Part shown: positions 25,656 to 26,623 of the stretch, piece after piece
How the letters are laid out: every line of letters begins with the position of its first letter
Numbering within the stretch: position 1 is the stretch's first letter
Source of the DNA: a virus
Taxonomy: Duplodnaviria > Caudoviricetes
IMG/VR virus record: IMGVR_UViG_3300046643_000160
Coordinates: 1 to 26,623 of that record
Reading direction: 5' to 3' (one strand)
Length of the DNA: 26,623 nucleotides
Notes under the pieces: model-generated
Seen by the model: the letters and a program-made list of their open reading frames with translations, nothing else
What the model was told of the DNA's origin: nothing
Databases searched by the model: none
Made by a program: the position numbers and the translations under genes

Positions 25656-25773
25656 GAGGCAGCAAGGCTGGTAGAGCCAGTCCAGGGCACGATGCACTGA
25701 TGCCTGAGGGGTAGGTCTCGCGTTCGAATACCGGCGCGGTCCATGCCTACACTGCTATGAAGGGTGCCGCCTC
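25656..25773 (+). ncRNA. Candidate structured multi-stem ncRNA with tRNA-like loops
   Basis: Closing stem GAGGCAGCA/TGCCGCCTC with three internal stems; lies between a TAAATA box and a terminator; no credible ORF on this strand. Confidence 0.5.
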
Positions 25774-25779
25774 ACATGA

Positions 25780-25818
25780 ATGCCCTTGCTCCGAAAGGTT
25801 CAAGGGCGTTCTTGTTTC
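25780..25818 (+). terminator. Probable intrinsic terminator
   Basis: GCCCTTG...CC-GAAA-GG...CAAGGGC followed by GTTCTTGTTT. Confidence 0.55.
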
Positions 25819-25855
25819 TGGTTCATTGCTTTCAGGTGTTTAGCGCAGAACCGTC

Positions 25856-25889
25856 TAAATACGAGTATCCGAAACACAGGAACTCGTAT
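25856..25889 (+). promoter_or_regulatory. TAAATA box with a hairpin burying the SD and start codon
   Basis: TAAATA 25856-25861; perfect 8-bp stem ATACGAGT/ACTCGTAT enclosing AGGA and ending inside the ATG. Confidence 0.75.
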
Positions 25890-26073
25890 GAAGCACAAGC
25901 ATGAAACACCACACGCATTGGCATTGCAGCTCCGCGACACGCTGCAATCCGTCATCGATCAAAGCACCGGCACGAACGTGCTGATGATCAGCCAATCGAA
26001 CCTCGGGACGCTGCGCTCGATGCTGGCCGTGCTTGAGAACAAGATCGAGAAGCTGTACGGAGTTCAGCAGTGA
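25888..26073 (+). CDS. Small hypothetical protein (61 aa)
   Basis: ATG 25888 with SD AGGA; MKHKHETPH...YGVQQ. Confidence 0.65.
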   Translation: MKHKHETPHALALQLRDTLQSVIDQSTGTNVLMISQSNLGTLRSMLAVLENKIEKLYGVQQ

Positions 26074-26138
26074 CGACGACAGCCATCCTGATCTTGCTTG
26101 GCATCCTTGCGCAGTACCTTCGCAAGATCGGCAAATGA
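26070..26138 (+). CDS. 22-aa hydrophobic micropeptide
   Basis: GTG start with SD GGAG; MTTTAILILLGILAQYLRKIGK; GTGA and ATGA overlaps with both neighbours. Confidence 0.5.
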   Translation: MTTTAILILLGILAQYLRKIGK

Positions 26139-26305
26139 TCCTCACATCGCGACCAGGCACCACCGTACGCGCTGACATTCTCGTTGATGCCATCGCTGAT
26201 CTTCGCGCCGTACTTGCGGCCATTGATGCGAAGGACTTCGCTGCACTACGGCAAGACTTTGTGCATCAGTGCGACGAGATGATTGATTACTTGGAAGTCG
26301 ATTGA
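26135..26305 (+). CDS. Small hypothetical protein (56 aa)
   Basis: ATG 26135 coupled to the micropeptide stop; acidic C-terminus. Confidence 0.55.
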   Translation: MILTSRPGTTVRADILVDAIADLRAVLAAIDAKDFAALRQDFVHQCDEMIDYLEVD

Positions 26306-26341
26306 CACGTGAGTTTTTCCAGTGTTTTACGTGAAGTTCGC

Positions 26342-26347
26342 TAAATA
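26342..26347 (+). promoter_or_regulatory. TAAATA box upstream of the last ORF
   Basis: cTAAATAc, 27 nt before ATG 26375. Confidence 0.65.
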
Positions 26348-26374
26348 CGAAGGTAGCAACAACACGGAGACACC

Positions 26375-26623
26375 ATGGCTCACGACAAAATCTTTTCGGA
26401 TCTGAACTCAATGAAGGACGCAGTCACTGCCCTTCACTATGCTGGCACATCCAAGGTCCGACCTCAGTACGAGTGCGACAACGAAGCACTCATTGCACAC
26501 ACGAAGCAAGCTGAACGCGTTCTTGACCTCACCAAGAAAAAGCAGTTCATCGGCACTTTCCCGTTGATGGCATATCCGACGTACCAAGGACTGTTCCTCG
26601 ACAAGGAAGTTCGAGGGAAGTCC
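26375..26623 (+). CDS. Hypothetical protein, truncated by the window end
   Basis: SD GGAG, ATG 26375, open to the end (MAHDKIFSDLNSMKDAV...). Not in the ORF track because it has no stop in the window. Confidence 0.7.
   Translation, partial: MAHDKIFSDLNSMKDAVTALHYAGTSKVRPQYECDNEALIAHTKQAERVLDLTKKKQFIGTFPLMAYPTYQGLFLDKEVRGKS

Noticed and set aside
25660-25743. Canonical tRNA gene (TGGTAGAGC, GTTCGAAT, CCA)
   Set aside because: No paired 5-bp T-stem and no 7-bp acceptor stem; retained only as a tRNA-like ncRNA candidate.

Overview
Positions 1-19.8 kb (minus strand) hold a complete podovirus virion module of T7/BPP-1 type. In transcription order it reads: two small virion proteins, portal, Bbp19-like protein, small acidic protein, scaffold, major capsid, tail tube A and B, a GNAT-cupin-2OG/Fe(II) hydroxylase cassette, three internal virion proteins, small and T7-like large terminase, a repeat-rich tail fibre, and a T7-like holin. 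Positions 19.8-26.6 kb are an accessory/control region: repeat-rich non-coding DNA, a candidate PD-(D/E)xK nuclease operon, a 26-bp perfect inverted repeat, a DUF2971 gene, a minimal tyrosine recombinase, a candidate structured ncRNA and several small ORFs. No RNA polymerase, sigma factor or replication gene is visible in the window. The most striking feature is the hexamer TAAATA (core of the T4 late promoter TATAAATA) sitting co-oriented just upstream of nearly every phage transcription unit. It is usually followed by a hairpin that buries the ribosome-binding site, as in T4 late genes. This suggests a podovirus-like element wired to T4-type (gp55) late transcription, possibly supplied by a helper phage. 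All calls come from reading the sequence by eye; no searches or folding programs were run.
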